A stretch of 23,139 bases of DNA from Bacteroidales bacterium (GTDB lineage: Bacteria > Bacteroidota > Bacteroidia > Bacteroidales > UBA12077): assembly GCA_028282585.1 (NCBI GenBank), contig JANQHR010000168.1, positions 1 to 23,139 on the forward strand, read 5' to 3'. Both the position numbers and the translations under genes were made by a program. Shown one piece after another: positions 6,810 through 16,730 of this stretch. Position 1 is the stretch's first letter; every line of letters starts with the position of its first letter. Under the pieces are notes generated by a model. The model was not told where the DNA came from. It ran no database searches and saw only the letters and a program-made list of their open reading frames with translations.

Positions 6810-8456
6810 TTATTTGTTTGCAAACTGCTTTTCTCTTATTTCTTTAAACTCAGATCCTTCTTTCCATTTCGGGAAAGTTTCTTCGTTACTTAGTTGATAT
6901 CCTATTCTGAAAAATAATTTAGCATCTTCAACGATTCCTTCAAAAGTCCAGGTTTCAGGATCATATTGATCGGTTGGTTTATGATAATTATACTGGATCC
7001 AATCCTTTTCCTTTTTTAATGCCCATTCTTTACCATGTTCTCTATGATCACAGTTTCCTCTTGCAAATAATGCCGGAACACCAACTCTTGCAAAGCTGAA
7101 ATGATCTGCTCGATAATACATTCCTGTATGCGGATTTGGATCCGGTAAAACATAACGGTCATATTCCGGTGCATATTTTGCTACATAATCTTCCAGTTCC
7201 GACTGACCATAGCCGGTAATCATTACATCTTTATAAGGTCCATATGGAAGCATCAAATCGTTGTTAATGTTAGCAACTGTTTTATTCAAAGGAAAAAGAG
7301 GATGAGTAGCATAATAATAAGATCCAAGTAATCCTTGTTCTTCAGCTGTTGGAGATAAAAACATAATTGTACGGGCAGGACGTTTCTTGAGGTTGGCAAA
7401 AGCTTCTGCAATTTCTAACATCCATGCTGTAGTAGTGCCATTATCAACAGCTCCATTATAAATTGAGTCCCCATTTAAAGGAGCTCCAATTCCCAAATGA
7501 TCCCAATGCGATGAATAAATTATTATTTCATCTTTTCTTTCTTTACCGGGTAATATTCCTATTACATTTTTTGATTTTGCAAATTTATGGCTGCTTCGTA
7601 CATTCAAACTCATACGAGATTTCATTCTGAAAGCTTTAAATCCCGGTTTTTTAGCTTGTTGTTTTAATTTATCTAAATCAAACCCTGCCAAAGAAAATAA
7701 TTCCTGCGCTGCATTTTGGGTTAACCATCCTTCAATAGCACATTTTGATAAATAATCATCTTCAGGTTGTAAATAAAGTTTTGGAATAATGGCTCCATTT
7801 AAAACAACATTCCAAGGATACCCTGCCGGTTCAGTCTCATGAATAATCAAAATAGCTTTTGCACCTTGTCTAGCTGCTTCTTCGAACTTGTATGTCCAAC
7901 GTCCATAATAAGTCATTTCGTTTCCTTTAAAAAAGTCTCTGTTCTCTGTACCAAATCCCGGATCATTTACTAAAACAACTACTGTTTTTCCTTTAGCATC
8001 AACTCCAGCGTAGTCGTTCCAGTTATATTCAGGTGCAACGATTCCATATCCTGCAAATATCATGTCTGAATTTCGAACGGAAATCTCATCTTTTAAATGT
8101 TTGGAAAAAGCAACGAAATCATCTTTATAATTAATTTCAATGGAAGCATTGTACATTTTTACCTTCATCCTATCGTCAGGAATATTTGTTACTTCAACCA
8201 TTGGTACTTCTTGGATGAAACTTCCATTATTTGCTGGTTCAAGACCAATTCTTTTATATTCTCTTTCAAGATATTCTACCGTTTTTTCTTCACCAATTGT
8301 AAAAGGTTTTCTTCCCTGAAATTCATCAGAACTGAATTCTTTTACAATTTTTGTCATATCCTCTTCATTAATTGTTGACTCTGCTTGTTTATAATCTGAA
8401 CAAGAACTAAATATTACAACAGAAAGAATTAAAGAAATTAATAGATGCTTTTTCAT
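6810..8456 (-). CDS. M28 family metallopeptidase with PA domain, lipoprotein
   Basis: Lipobox FSSC; HWDHLG, NGAVDN, AEEQGLLGS, RADH, YHKPTD motifs; PA insert FAGYGIVAPEYNWNDY...YYGRWTYKFEEA. Confidence 0.93.
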   Translation of the reverse strand: MKKHLLISLILSVVIFSSCSDYKQAESTINEEDMTKIVKEFSSDEFQGRKPFTIGEEKTVEYLEREYKRIGLEPANNGSFIQEVPMVEVTNIPDDRMKVKMYNASIEINYKDDFVAFSKHLKDEISVRNSDMIFAGYGIVAPEYNWNDYAGVDAKGKTVVVLVNDPGFGTENRDFFKGNEMTYYGRWTYKFEEAARQGAKAILIIHETEPAGYPWNVVLNGAIIPKLYLQPEDDYLSKCAIEGWLTQNAAQELFSLAGFDLDKLKQQAKKPGFKAFRMKSRMSLNVRSSHKFAKSKNVIGILPGKERKDEIIIYSSHWDHLGIGAPLNGDSIYNGAVDNGTTTAWMLEIAEAFANLKKRPARTIMFLSPTAEEQGLLGSYYYATHPLFPLNKTVANINNDLMLPYGPYKDVMITGYGQSELEDYVAKYAPEYDRYVLPDPNPHTGMYYRADHFSFARVGVPALFARGNCDHREHGKEWALKKEKDWIQYNYHKPTDQYDPETWTFEGIVEDAKLFFRIGYQLSNEETFPKWKEGSEFKEIREKQFANK

Positions 8457-8530
8457 GTTTTTGTGGTTAAGATGATTAGTTAAAATTAGTTTCGAATGTA
8501 TTAAAATTTAGTTAAACTTGAAAGAATGGA

Positions 8531-9620
8531 TTAGTTTCCTCCAAACTCCATTAAGTATGCTTTTATAAATCCGTCCAAATTTCCGTCAAGAACGTCTTGG
8601 GTATTACCCATTTCAAATCCTGTACGGACATCTTTAATTAATTTGTATGGATGTAAAACATAATTTCGTATCTGTGATCCCCATTCTATTTTTTTCTTTT
8701 CTCCTTCAACTTTTGCTCTTTCTTCGAGCTGTTTGCGTAATTCAAGTTCATAAAGTTGAGATTTTAACATTCGCATTGCATTTTCTTTGTTACTTAACTG
8801 GGAACGAGTTTCTTGATTCTCAATTACAATTCCAGTAGGAGCATGTCTTAATCGAACTGCAGTTTCAACCTTATTAACGTGTTGCCCGCCTGCACCACTT
8901 GACCTGAAAGTTTCCCATGTAATATCGGCCGGGTTGATATTTATTTCTATTGTATCGTCAACAACCGGTGATACATATACTGATGCAAAGGATGTATGGC
9001 GCCGGTTATTTGAATCGAATGGAGATAAGCGAACTAAACGGTGAACACCGTTTTCGCTTTTTAAATATCCGTAGGCAAATTCACCTTCAAATTCCAATGT
9101 AACTGTATTTATTCCGGCCGTATCTCCTGGTTGATAGTTTACTTCTTTAACTTTAAAATTATGACGTTCACCCCAACGAATATACATTCGCATTAGCATT
9201 TCTGCCCAATCGTGGCTTTCAGTACCTCCAGCGCCAGGATTGATTTGTAAATATGCACCCATAATATCTTCCTCATTACGGAGCATATTTTTTAATTCTA
9301 ATTTTTCAATTAGTTCAAGTGTTTTTACATATTGATTATCAACCTCGGTTTCTTCTAACTCACCTTCTTTAAAAAAATCAATGGAAAGTCTTAATTCTTC
9401 GGTTTGAGTTACTATTTCCTGAAATGAATTGGTCCACTCTTTTAGTTTCGATATCTGTTTCAACTGTATTTCTGCTTGTTGTGGGTCATCCCAGAAATCC
9501 GGAGCATGAGTTTTTTGTTCTTCTTCATCAATTCTGATTAATTTATTTTCGATGTCAAAGATGCCTCCTCAGCGACTCAGTTCGCTTTTCAATATCTTTT
9601 AATTGGTCTGTTGTGATCAT
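8531..9620 (-). CDS. prfB: Peptide chain release factor 2, translated by +1 programmed frameshift (join 9620-9558, 9556-8531; 362 aa)
   Basis: SPF and GGQ motifs; upstream frame MITTDQLKDIEKRTESLRRHL ends in CTT TGA C and continues DIENKLIRIDEEEQK...FWDDP in the +1 frame. Confidence 0.97.
9554..9569 (-). promoter_or_regulatory. RF2 autoregulatory frameshift cassette
   Basis: Minus strand AGGAGG-CAT-CTT-TGA-C (internal Shine-Dalgarno, 3-nt spacer, slippery Leu codon, UGA). Confidence 0.97.
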
Positions 9621-9649
9621 TGTAATAGATTTATCAATATTTTGAAAAG

Positions 9650-9657
9650 CAAAAGTA
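9650..9657 (-). promoter_or_regulatory. -7 promoter element for prfB
   Basis: Minus strand TACTTTTG about 30 bp upstream of ATG 9620, just downstream of a terminator. Confidence 0.6.
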
Positions 9658-9680
9658 ATAATAATGAATTAAGAATAAAT

Positions 9681-9705
9681 AAAAAAAGGGAGCATTTGCC
9701 CCCTT
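9681..9705 (-). terminator. Intrinsic terminator of the upstream minus-strand operon
   Basis: Minus strand AAGGGGGCA-AA-TGCTCCCTT-TTTTT hairpin with a G-U pair and U-tract, 21 bp after the stop at 9727. Confidence 0.8.
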
Positions 9706-9726
9706 CAATTATGATGTTAACAAAGT

Positions 9727-10320
9727 TTAGTAACCTCCGCTTTGTTCTAACTTTTCCATTTCCTTATCGAAAGTTTCTTTGTACTTTTCGTAATCATAGT
9801 CAATTTTTAAACGTTGATCTCTTGAAAGTCTGTTATTCATTGCTTCTTCTAAAGCATCTGCAGACATTTCAATAGCCATGTAACACTTGTAAGTACCTTG
9901 TTTTGTTTGAGTAATCTTTTCGCAAATTGTTTTAACGTTGTTTAATTGTTGATTAATTACTTCTCTATTTAAAGACTCAAATCTTTCTTCTACCTCTTCA
10001 ACATTATTAAATTCACGAGAATTTACGTAGTTATCAGTTGTTCCTTTAATTACAGTCTGAATTTGACCAGCTAAAGCTGCTTTAGCATTGCTTGATGCTT
10101 TTTTGCGAGCGATTTCCATATCCGAACTTTCGCCTGTTGCGTTAGCCCTAAAATTATTTTTGTCACTTCTGAATTCAGGTCCTGAGCAGTGTAGTTCGAT
10201 TACCTTTTCTCCTGGCATATCTCCAACACCTTTTTTTGATTTACAACTTGTAAATGTGCCGCTAAAAATAACAGCTCCCATTAATAATAAACCTAAAGGT
10301 TTGTACATTTTAGTTTTCAT
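9727..10320 (-). CDS. LPP20-like lipoprotein
   Basis: Lipobox FTSC; FRANATGESSDMEIARKKASSNAKAALAGQI...CYMAIEM pattern typical of LPP20 domains. Confidence 0.7.
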   Translation of the reverse strand: MKTKMYKPLGLLLMGAVIFSGTFTSCKSKKGVGDMPGEKVIELHCSGPEFRSDKNNFRANATGESSDMEIARKKASSNAKAALAGQIQTVIKGTTDNYVNSREFNNVEEVEERFESLNREVINQQLNNVKTICEKITQTKQGTYKCYMAIEMSADALEEAMNNRLSRDQRLKIDYDYEKYKETFDKEMEKLEQSGGY

Positions 10321-10364
10321 AACTTCGATTTTTAGATTTTAAATAATTAACTGAAATTTTAATC

Positions 10365-11756
10365 TTATAAATTTATTTTCCTAATGTTAGGTATTATCTC
10401 ATTTTTAATTTTTAGTTCAGCTTTCTTAATTGCATCTTTAGCGGCAATTTCAAAACTGCCGGATTTCATTCCCTTAATATCTTGGATGCTTTCATTATAA
10501 ACTTCAACTTCGGAATCAGATTTTATTATTCTAATATTACAATTAAGGAATGCCGTATGCAGATTGTGTTTTTCTAGTTTTTCTCCTGCTGTTACTTCAG
10601 ATTCTATGCGAACAATAACCTCCGTTTCTTCTATGTTTTTTGTGAAAGAGAAGAAATTTTTTGATAATTCTTGTTCTAATAATCTTGTAACCGGATGATT
10701 AAAATCATAATTGCCCAAAAACATTTCCTGTGATTCAAGATAGGCAATTATTTCTTTAACTTCAACATTTATATGTCCATAGGGCTTCATCCCTCTTTCA
10801 TAAAAAAGCTTTTTCAAGAGATTTTCGGGACCATCTTCTCCCAGGTATTTATCTGTATTTAATTCAGCTTTGATTATTTGAGTTCTTCCTTTTGGAGCCA
10901 TGGCTGCAATTGAGCATTCAGCTTTTCCATTGTTTAACGAAATTACATTCTCAATTTCTTTAATTTCTGAGTCAGGAAAATAAAATTTTATCGGTAAATT
11001 GGAAATGTTTTGAGTTTCCAGATCTGTTTTAAGTTTAACCTTAACAAAGACTGGTTCATTTTCGGTTGTAAGAGCGGTTAATTCATATTTATCCTTCTCA
11101 GGAACAATTTTTATTCTACTAAAAATGTCCTGAATTGATTGATATATAGCATTGTCAAGATAAATTCTTCCATCTAATGTAAATACTGATAAATCTTCAC
11201 CAATATGTTTTTTTATCGCATCAAATGATTTTACATAATAGATTAGCGCATTGTTAATATCAAATTCTTTTTCCGCCTCTTTTGCCTTTTCATAAAAATC
11301 TTTTGAAAGATTGATCGCTCTATCTAAGATCTCTTGCTTTCTTTTTTTATATTCTACTTTTGATAATCTGTAATATATCCAATATTCTTCTTTATTTTCC
11401 CAGGAATCAACGATTTCATAACCTTCAATATAGTTTTTAGTAGCTAATTCAATTTGAGCCTGATAAGTTTCTTGTAGCCCTTTATTATCTTCAATCTGAT
11501 ATAAAACCGAATTGCTGGAAATGTTTACTGAAATCTCCGAAATCATATCTGCTAATGCTCTGTTCTTGGCAATTTCCAGATAATCACTACTTGACTTTTC
11601 TTTACTGGATTTGCCTATACCAATGTAATAATCATTATTAACAGGTCTGTCCTTAATCCATTTGGGTTTTCTTTTTGATTGTGCATCAATTGCAAAACCA
11701 ACAATAAGTATTGCGGTTAGTATTAGAGTGAATAATATCTTTATTTTGTTTATCAT
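10365..11756 (-). CDS. Exported protein with N-terminal LPP20 domain
   Basis: Signal peptide then KPKWI...YYIGIG...AKNRALADMISEISVNISS...YWIYYRLSK; helical/TPR-like middle and beta-rich C-terminal region. Confidence 0.75.
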   Translation of the reverse strand: MINKIKILFTLILTAILIVGFAIDAQSKRKPKWIKDRPVNNDYYIGIGKSSKEKSSSDYLEIAKNRALADMISEISVNISSNSVLYQIEDNKGLQETYQAQIELATKNYIEGYEIVDSWENKEEYWIYYRLSKVEYKKRKQEILDRAINLSKDFYEKAKEAEKEFDINNALIYYVKSFDAIKKHIGEDLSVFTLDGRIYLDNAIYQSIQDIFSRIKIVPEKDKYELTALTTENEPVFVKVKLKTDLETQNISNLPIKFYFPDSEIKEIENVISLNNGKAECSIAAMAPKGRTQIIKAELNTDKYLGEDGPENLLKKLFYERGMKPYGHINVEVKEIIAYLESQEMFLGNYDFNHPVTRLLEQELSKNFFSFTKNIEETEVIVRIESEVTAGEKLEKHNLHTAFLNCNIRIIKSDSEVEVYNESIQDIKGMKSGSFEIAAKDAIKKAELKIKNEIIPNIRKINL

Positions 11757-11801
11757 TTTAAAATATAGTATTGTAAATTTACTTAAATATTAGCTAAGTT
11801 A

Positions 11802-12290
11802 TTATTTATTTTTCTGCATTTCAACAATTGCAGATACCATATCAAATACCTTGCCATTTTCAAAACCACGGGAGGAAGCAAAACGCACAAGCTTAGACTT
11901 TATGGTATATTCATTGCTATCTTTTAAAGATTTAAGTTTCTTTTTTAGTTCATTTTCCAGAAGGTCATTATACTCTTTTTCTGGAATTTCCAAAAGTGCT
12001 TTTTTTATAATATTACCACAAATATTTTTTTGTTTTAGGGCATATTCAATCTTAACCTTACCCCATTTATTATGTTTAAATTTATCTTTTGCAAATAATA
12101 TTGCAAATCTTTGTTCATCAATAAACTTATCATTAATTAGACTTTCAAGAATGCTATTGTGATCTTTTTCAGGTAGTTTCCAATCGTAAAGCTTATTACG
12201 AATATCTGATTCGCACTTCTCTCTCTCAGCACATAAACTTTGTGCTTTTATTAAGGCTTCTTTTGTTGATATAGTTTTTTTAGAACTCAA
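11802..12290 (-). CDS. recX: RecX regulatory protein
   Basis: CAEREKCESDIRNKL, FIDEQRFA, NKWGKVKI, KLVRFASSRGFE; overlaps the prmC stop by 11 bp. Confidence 0.92.
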   Translation of the reverse strand: MSSKKTISTKEALIKAQSLCAEREKCESDIRNKLYDWKLPEKDHNSILESLINDKFIDEQRFAILFAKDKFKHNKWGKVKIEYALKQKNICGNIIKKALLEIPEKEYNDLLENELKKKLKSLKDSNEYTIKSKLVRFASSRGFENGKVFDMVSAIVEMQKNK

Positions 12291-13152
12291 AATGTTTTAT
12301 TTTACCTTTTATCATTCTGTGCTTATTGTTAATATCTTTTTTTAAGGTAATTTCATGAAAATTTTTCTCTTCAAGAAGATTAACCATTTCTTGTCCAAAA
12401 GCTTCGTTAATTTCAAAGTAAATTTCCCCGTCCTTGTTTAAATTAACCAATCCAAAATCTATAATAGACCGGTAAAAGAGCAAAGGATCATGATCGGGAA
12501 CAAACAAAGCAAGTTCTGGTTCATATTCCAGCACATTTTTTGACATTAGTTTTTTTTCTTTTAGCCTTACATATGGTGGATTACTAACTATTACATCGAA
12601 CTTTTGCCTTATATCAAGATTCTTTTTAAGGATATCTAATTGCAAAAATTGGATATCAACATGGTTTAACTTGCTATTTTCATTTGCTAATACCAAAGCT
12701 TCAGATGAAATATCTATTGCATAAACATTAGATTTTGGTAAATTTTTGGCAATTGAGATTGCTATACAACCTGTTCCGGTACCAATATCCAAAATATCTA
12801 AATTTTCTTTTCGATGCTCCGAAACAATCCAATCAACTAACTCTTCTGTTTCAGGTCTTGGAATTAAGGCTGTTTTATTTACCTTAAATGGTAAATCATA
12901 GAAAATGGTTTTATTTAGGATATGCTGAATTGGTTTTTGATTTTTTAAATCTATTATAATTTCATTTATTCGACTTAAATTAATGTCATTGATTTCTTCT
13001 TCTTGAGAAATTAGTAGTTTTGTTTTCGAGTATTTTAAAACATCTTCAAAGATCAAATAAATAAAACTATCGATTTCTTCAATTGGATAAATTTCCTTTA
13101 ATTCGGATTTTATTCCTGAAATTATTTTCTTTATACTGTTGTTTTCCGTCAC
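12280..13152 (-). CDS. prmC: Release factor glutamine methyltransferase
   Basis: PIQHIL, LIPRPETEELV, LDIGTGTGCIA, VSNPPY, EPELALF motifs. Confidence 0.96.
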   Translation of the reverse strand: MTENNSIKKIISGIKSELKEIYPIEEIDSFIYLIFEDVLKYSKTKLLISQEEEINDINLSRINEIIIDLKNQKPIQHILNKTIFYDLPFKVNKTALIPRPETEELVDWIVSEHRKENLDILDIGTGTGCIAISIAKNLPKSNVYAIDISSEALVLANENSKLNHVDIQFLQLDILKKNLDIRQKFDVIVSNPPYVRLKEKKLMSKNVLEYEPELALFVPDHDPLLFYRSIIDFGLVNLNKDGEIYFEINEAFGQEMVNLLEEKNFHEITLKKDINNKHRMIKGKIKHFEF

Positions 13153-13174
13153 TCTTCAAATTTAGTTAAATACT

Positions 13175-14239
13175 ATGATCAAAGAAAAGGTTCATGAAAA
13201 ATATATGCAGCGATGTATCGAATTAGCTAAATTAGGACTTGGAAATACAGCTCCAAATCCCATGGTTGGTTCTGTTATTGTTCATAATAATAAAGTGATT
13301 GGTGAAGGATATCACAAAAAGTATGGAGAATCTCATGCTGAAGTTAACGCTATAAATTCTGTTAAAGATAAAAGTTTACTTAAGAAATCTACCATTTATG
13401 TAAATCTGGAACCTTGCTCTCATTATGGAAAAACTCCACCTTGTGCTAATTTAATAGCAAATGTTGGTATTCCTAATGTTGTAATAGGAGGTGTTGACAC
13501 AGCTGCTCATGTATCAGGTGGTGGAATAAAAATTCTAAAAGAGGCAGGTTCTAATGTTTTAACAGGAGTTTTGGAGAAAGAATCAAGAGAATTAAATAGG
13601 AGATTTTTTACGTTCCAGGAAAAAAAACGTCCTTATATTATATTAAAATGGGCACAAACTAAAGATGGATTTATTGATATTAAGAGAACTAATAAAAGCC
13701 CAACTCAACCTACATGGATAACAAATGAGTATTCCAAAGTTTTGGTTCATAAATGGAGATCAGAAGAACAAGCTATTTTGGTCGGAACAAATACAGTTTT
13801 AAATGATAATCCATCTTTAACCACACGGAACTGGGAAGGAAAAAATCCAACACGAATTATTTTAGATAGAGAAATGAGATTAGCTGATGGCTTTAATGTT
13901 TTTAATTCAGAAGCAGAAACTTTATTAATTACTGATATTAAGCATTTAGCTAAAAAGAAAGCATTTGGAAACAACATTGGTATTAAATTTGTTAACTTTA
14001 ATAATGAATTTTATTCTCAACTATTTCAGGTACTTATTGAAAAAAGCATTCAATCTGTTATCATTGAAGGTGGTGCAACTGTATTAAATTCATTTATCCG
14101 GAATGAACTTTGGGATGAAGCCAGAATATTTATTGGGGAAAAAGAGTTCAAAAAAGGACTTAAAGCACCTACAATGAAAATTAAAAAGATAGGATATGAT
14201 GTTCTGGGTAACAGTAATTTAACTTTTAATCGCAAATAA
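13175..14239 (+). CDS. ribD: Bifunctional riboflavin biosynthesis deaminase/reductase
   Basis: PNPMVG, HAE, LEPCSHYGKTPPC zinc-deaminase motifs; LKWAQT, ILVGTNT...DNPSL, IEGG reductase motifs. Confidence 0.97.
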   Translation: MIKEKVHEKYMQRCIELAKLGLGNTAPNPMVGSVIVHNNKVIGEGYHKKYGESHAEVNAINSVKDKSLLKKSTIYVNLEPCSHYGKTPPCANLIANVGIPNVVIGGVDTAAHVSGGGIKILKEAGSNVLTGVLEKESRELNRRFFTFQEKKRPYIILKWAQTKDGFIDIKRTNKSPTQPTWITNEYSKVLVHKWRSEEQAILVGTNTVLNDNPSLTTRNWEGKNPTRIILDREMRLADGFNVFNSEAETLLITDIKHLAKKKAFGNNIGIKFVNFNNEFYSQLFQVLIEKSIQSVIIEGGATVLNSFIRNELWDEARIFIGEKEFKKGLKAPTMKIKKIGYDVLGNSNLTFNRK

Positions 14240-14303
14240 GATATATTTAATCAATAAATTAAATTGATTTATCATAAAATTTCAAAATATATAAAAGCTT
14301 TTG

Positions 14304-14311
14304 TAAATTTG
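14304..14311 (+). promoter_or_regulatory. -7 promoter element for the TPR-caspase operon
   Basis: TAAATTTG matches TAnnTTTG, about 50 bp upstream of ATG 14361. Confidence 0.55.
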
Positions 14312-14360
14312 ATAAGATTATAAAATCCTTTAAACTAGCAATTACTAAAACTCAAATAAA

Positions 14361-16715
14361 ATGGGAAATTACAGTTATAAACGTACGTTGTTCTTTACTC
14401 CTGTATTGTTAATACTTTTTTCGATGGTTCAGTGTAGCCCAAAGTTATATACAACAGGTAAAGATTTTGTAGCATCCGGGAACTATGATGATGCAGTTGA
14501 ACAGTTTACAAAACTGATTGATGAGAATCCAGAGTATACAGAGGCTTATCTGGCGAGAGCAGATGCTTACGAAAAAGCAGGTAAAAAAGCCGAAGCTGCA
14601 AGTGATTACAAAAGAGCTACCGCTTTTGAAGAAAAGGACGAATCTATATTTTATAATGCAGGAAGACTTTATTATGAGTTGGAAGAATACGAAGAAGCAA
14701 TTCCTATGCTCGTAAAAGTTACTGCATTAGATAAAAAACATATCAATGCGTATAAATATAAGATGGAATCATATATTGCATTAAAACAATACGATAAAGC
14801 ATTGAAAGAAAGTAATGAATTGATTGATTTAAGTGAGACGGCTTCAAATTATGCAAGAAGAGGTTTTATTCAGGACAAATTGGAGAATTACAATTTAGCC
14901 GAAACTGATTATAGAAAGTCAATCGAGTTAGGTAAAAGTTTGGAGGCCTATGTATCCTTAGCTAGTGTTTTATTTAAAGCTAAGAAATATGATGCTTCTT
15001 TGGTGGCATGTAATCAGGCTTTGGGCATGGATTCAAAAAGTAAAGAAGCATTGTGGATACGAAGTAAGATTTATAAGGAAAAAATTGACTACCCAAATGC
15101 TATTAATGATCTTTCGAAGATGATAATTTTTGCTCCTGATGATGTAGAAGCTTTTTTTGCAAGAGGAATATATTACCAGGAATTTAATCAGCATCAAAGT
15201 GCAATTAATGATTTTAGTAAGGTAATATCAATGGAGCCTAAAAACGCATTAGCTTATTACCATAGAGCAAAATCTAACGAAGAAATTACTCAATATGCAA
15301 ATGCAATAAAAGATTACCAGGCTTATGCTGAATTATCTGACGAGAATGATGATAAGGCCAGGGAAAGGCTAAAAATTGTAACCGAAAGGTTATATGAGTT
15401 AAATCGCGAAAGTGCAAAACCTGCTCTTTCTGTTATTGAGCCAATGGAAAGAGAAGGTAATTCAATAAACATAATAGAAGATGCTACAGAAGTAACTATT
15501 AAAGGACAAATTACAGATCAAAGTGCTATTCAATATGCTAAAATTGAAGGTGTTGATGTAACTTTTGATGAAAATTCGCAGAACAATGAATTTACAGTTA
15601 CACTGGATGTAACAGGAAAAGATGCAATTACCGTAGCAATTTCAGATGTTTACAACAATGTTTTAGCGTCAACATATAAGTTAAACAGAACAGAAATTAA
15701 TCTTCCTGAAATTGCTTTGATTGCTCCATATGCTTCATCGACAGGAGAGGTCTATTTAGAAGTGGATAATAGAAAGTTATACGTGGAAGGTCGAATTACC
15801 GATGAAAGTAAAATAAAGAGTATTATCGTAAATGATATGACCGCTAGCTTTTCTGTGGATGCCATGAATCCTGAGTTTTTTGCAACGATTGATATAGCCA
15901 ATAAGAATAGATTTGTTGTAAAAGCAGAAGATATATACGGCAATGTTGGTGAGATGGAATTTAAAATTAATAGGGAAGCGGTTGAAATTTCACAAGAAAA
16001 CCCAATGGGTAAAACCTGGGTGATCTTTATTGAAAATTCAGATTACGAAACTTTTGCTAGTTTAGAAGGACCTGTAAAAGACGTAAGTATGATGAAAGCT
16101 GCTTTGGCCAATTATAAGATTCATAATATTATTCATAAACAAAACCTTTCAAAAGCAGAGATGGAGAGATTCTTTGCTATTGAATTACGCGATTTGGTTA
16201 GAAGTAATAATGTGAATTCATTATTAGTTTGGTATGCCGGACATGGTAAATTCATTAGTGATATAGGTTATTGGGTACCAGTTGATGCTACTCGTGATGA
16301 TGAGTTTACTTATTTTAATATAAGTACTTTGAAGGCTGCATTACAATCCTATTCTCAACATGTTACCCATACATTGGTAATTACAGATGCGTGTGAATCA
16401 GGTCCTACATTCTATCAAGCTATGCGTTCTGGATTACAAGAAAGGGATTGCGGTGATTGGGAAGCCACAAAATTTAAATCTTCTCAAGTATTTTCATCGG
16501 CAGGGTACGAGTTAGCTTCTGATAATTCGCAATTTACAAGAACATTTGCAAATACTTTAAGAAATAATCCTAATGCCTGTTTACCAATTGAGAATATAGT
16601 ATCTAAGGTAACGGTTGCAGTAGCTAAGGATGGAATGCAAAAACCGCAGTTTGGTAAAATAGACGGACTAGAAGATGAAGGAGGAACATTTTTCTTTATA
16701 GCAAAAGAGAGATAA
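14361..16715 (+). CDS. Predicted lipoprotein: TPR array, two Ig-like beta domains and C-terminal caspase-like (Peptidase C14) domain
   Basis: Hydrophobic signal ending MVQC-S; many TPRs (e.g. EAYLARADAYEK, EAFFARGIYYQE); two P...IxG.ITD.S.I...D.Y.N beta repeats; catalytic dyad YAGHG (His 16242-16244) and DACESG (Cys 16392-16394); FTRTF...L and QKPQFG tail. Confidence 0.88.
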   Translation: MGNYSYKRTLFFTPVLLILFSMVQCSPKLYTTGKDFVASGNYDDAVEQFTKLIDENPEYTEAYLARADAYEKAGKKAEAASDYKRATAFEEKDESIFYNAGRLYYELEEYEEAIPMLVKVTALDKKHINAYKYKMESYIALKQYDKALKESNELIDLSETASNYARRGFIQDKLENYNLAETDYRKSIELGKSLEAYVSLASVLFKAKKYDASLVACNQALGMDSKSKEALWIRSKIYKEKIDYPNAINDLSKMIIFAPDDVEAFFARGIYYQEFNQHQSAINDFSKVISMEPKNALAYYHRAKSNEEITQYANAIKDYQAYAELSDENDDKARERLKIVTERLYELNRESAKPALSVIEPMEREGNSINIIEDATEVTIKGQITDQSAIQYAKIEGVDVTFDENSQNNEFTVTLDVTGKDAITVAISDVYNNVLASTYKLNRTEINLPEIALIAPYASSTGEVYLEVDNRKLYVEGRITDESKIKSIIVNDMTASFSVDAMNPEFFATIDIANKNRFVVKAEDIYGNVGEMEFKINREAVEISQENPMGKTWVIFIENSDYETFASLEGPVKDVSMMKAALANYKIHNIIHKQNLSKAEMERFFAIELRDLVRSNNVNSLLVWYAGHGKFISDIGYWVPVDATRDDEFTYFNISTLKAALQSYSQHVTHTLVITDACESGPTFYQAMRSGLQERDCGDWEATKFKSSQVFSSAGYELASDNSQFTRTFANTLRNNPNACLPIENIVSKVTVAVAKDGMQKPQFGKIDGLEDEGGTFFFIAKER

Positions 16716-16730
16716 CAAATAAAACGACAT

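Noticed and set aside
6782-6826. Inverted repeat AGTTTGCA/TGCAAACT flanking the att core
   Set aside because: The right arm lies in the host M28 coding sequence and is not centred on the likely crossover; probably chance
8097-12162. Plus-strand ORFs 8097-8378, 8647-8838, 9603-9875, 10088-10342, 11851-12162
   Set aside because: Antisense to well-supported genes; 9603-9875 also crosses a terminator and the prfB promoter
14361-16715. Caspase-gasdermin or Craspase-type anti-phage system
   Set aside because: No gasdermin, NLR/STAND ATPase or Cas gene nearby; the protein appears exported and sits among housekeeping genes outside the island
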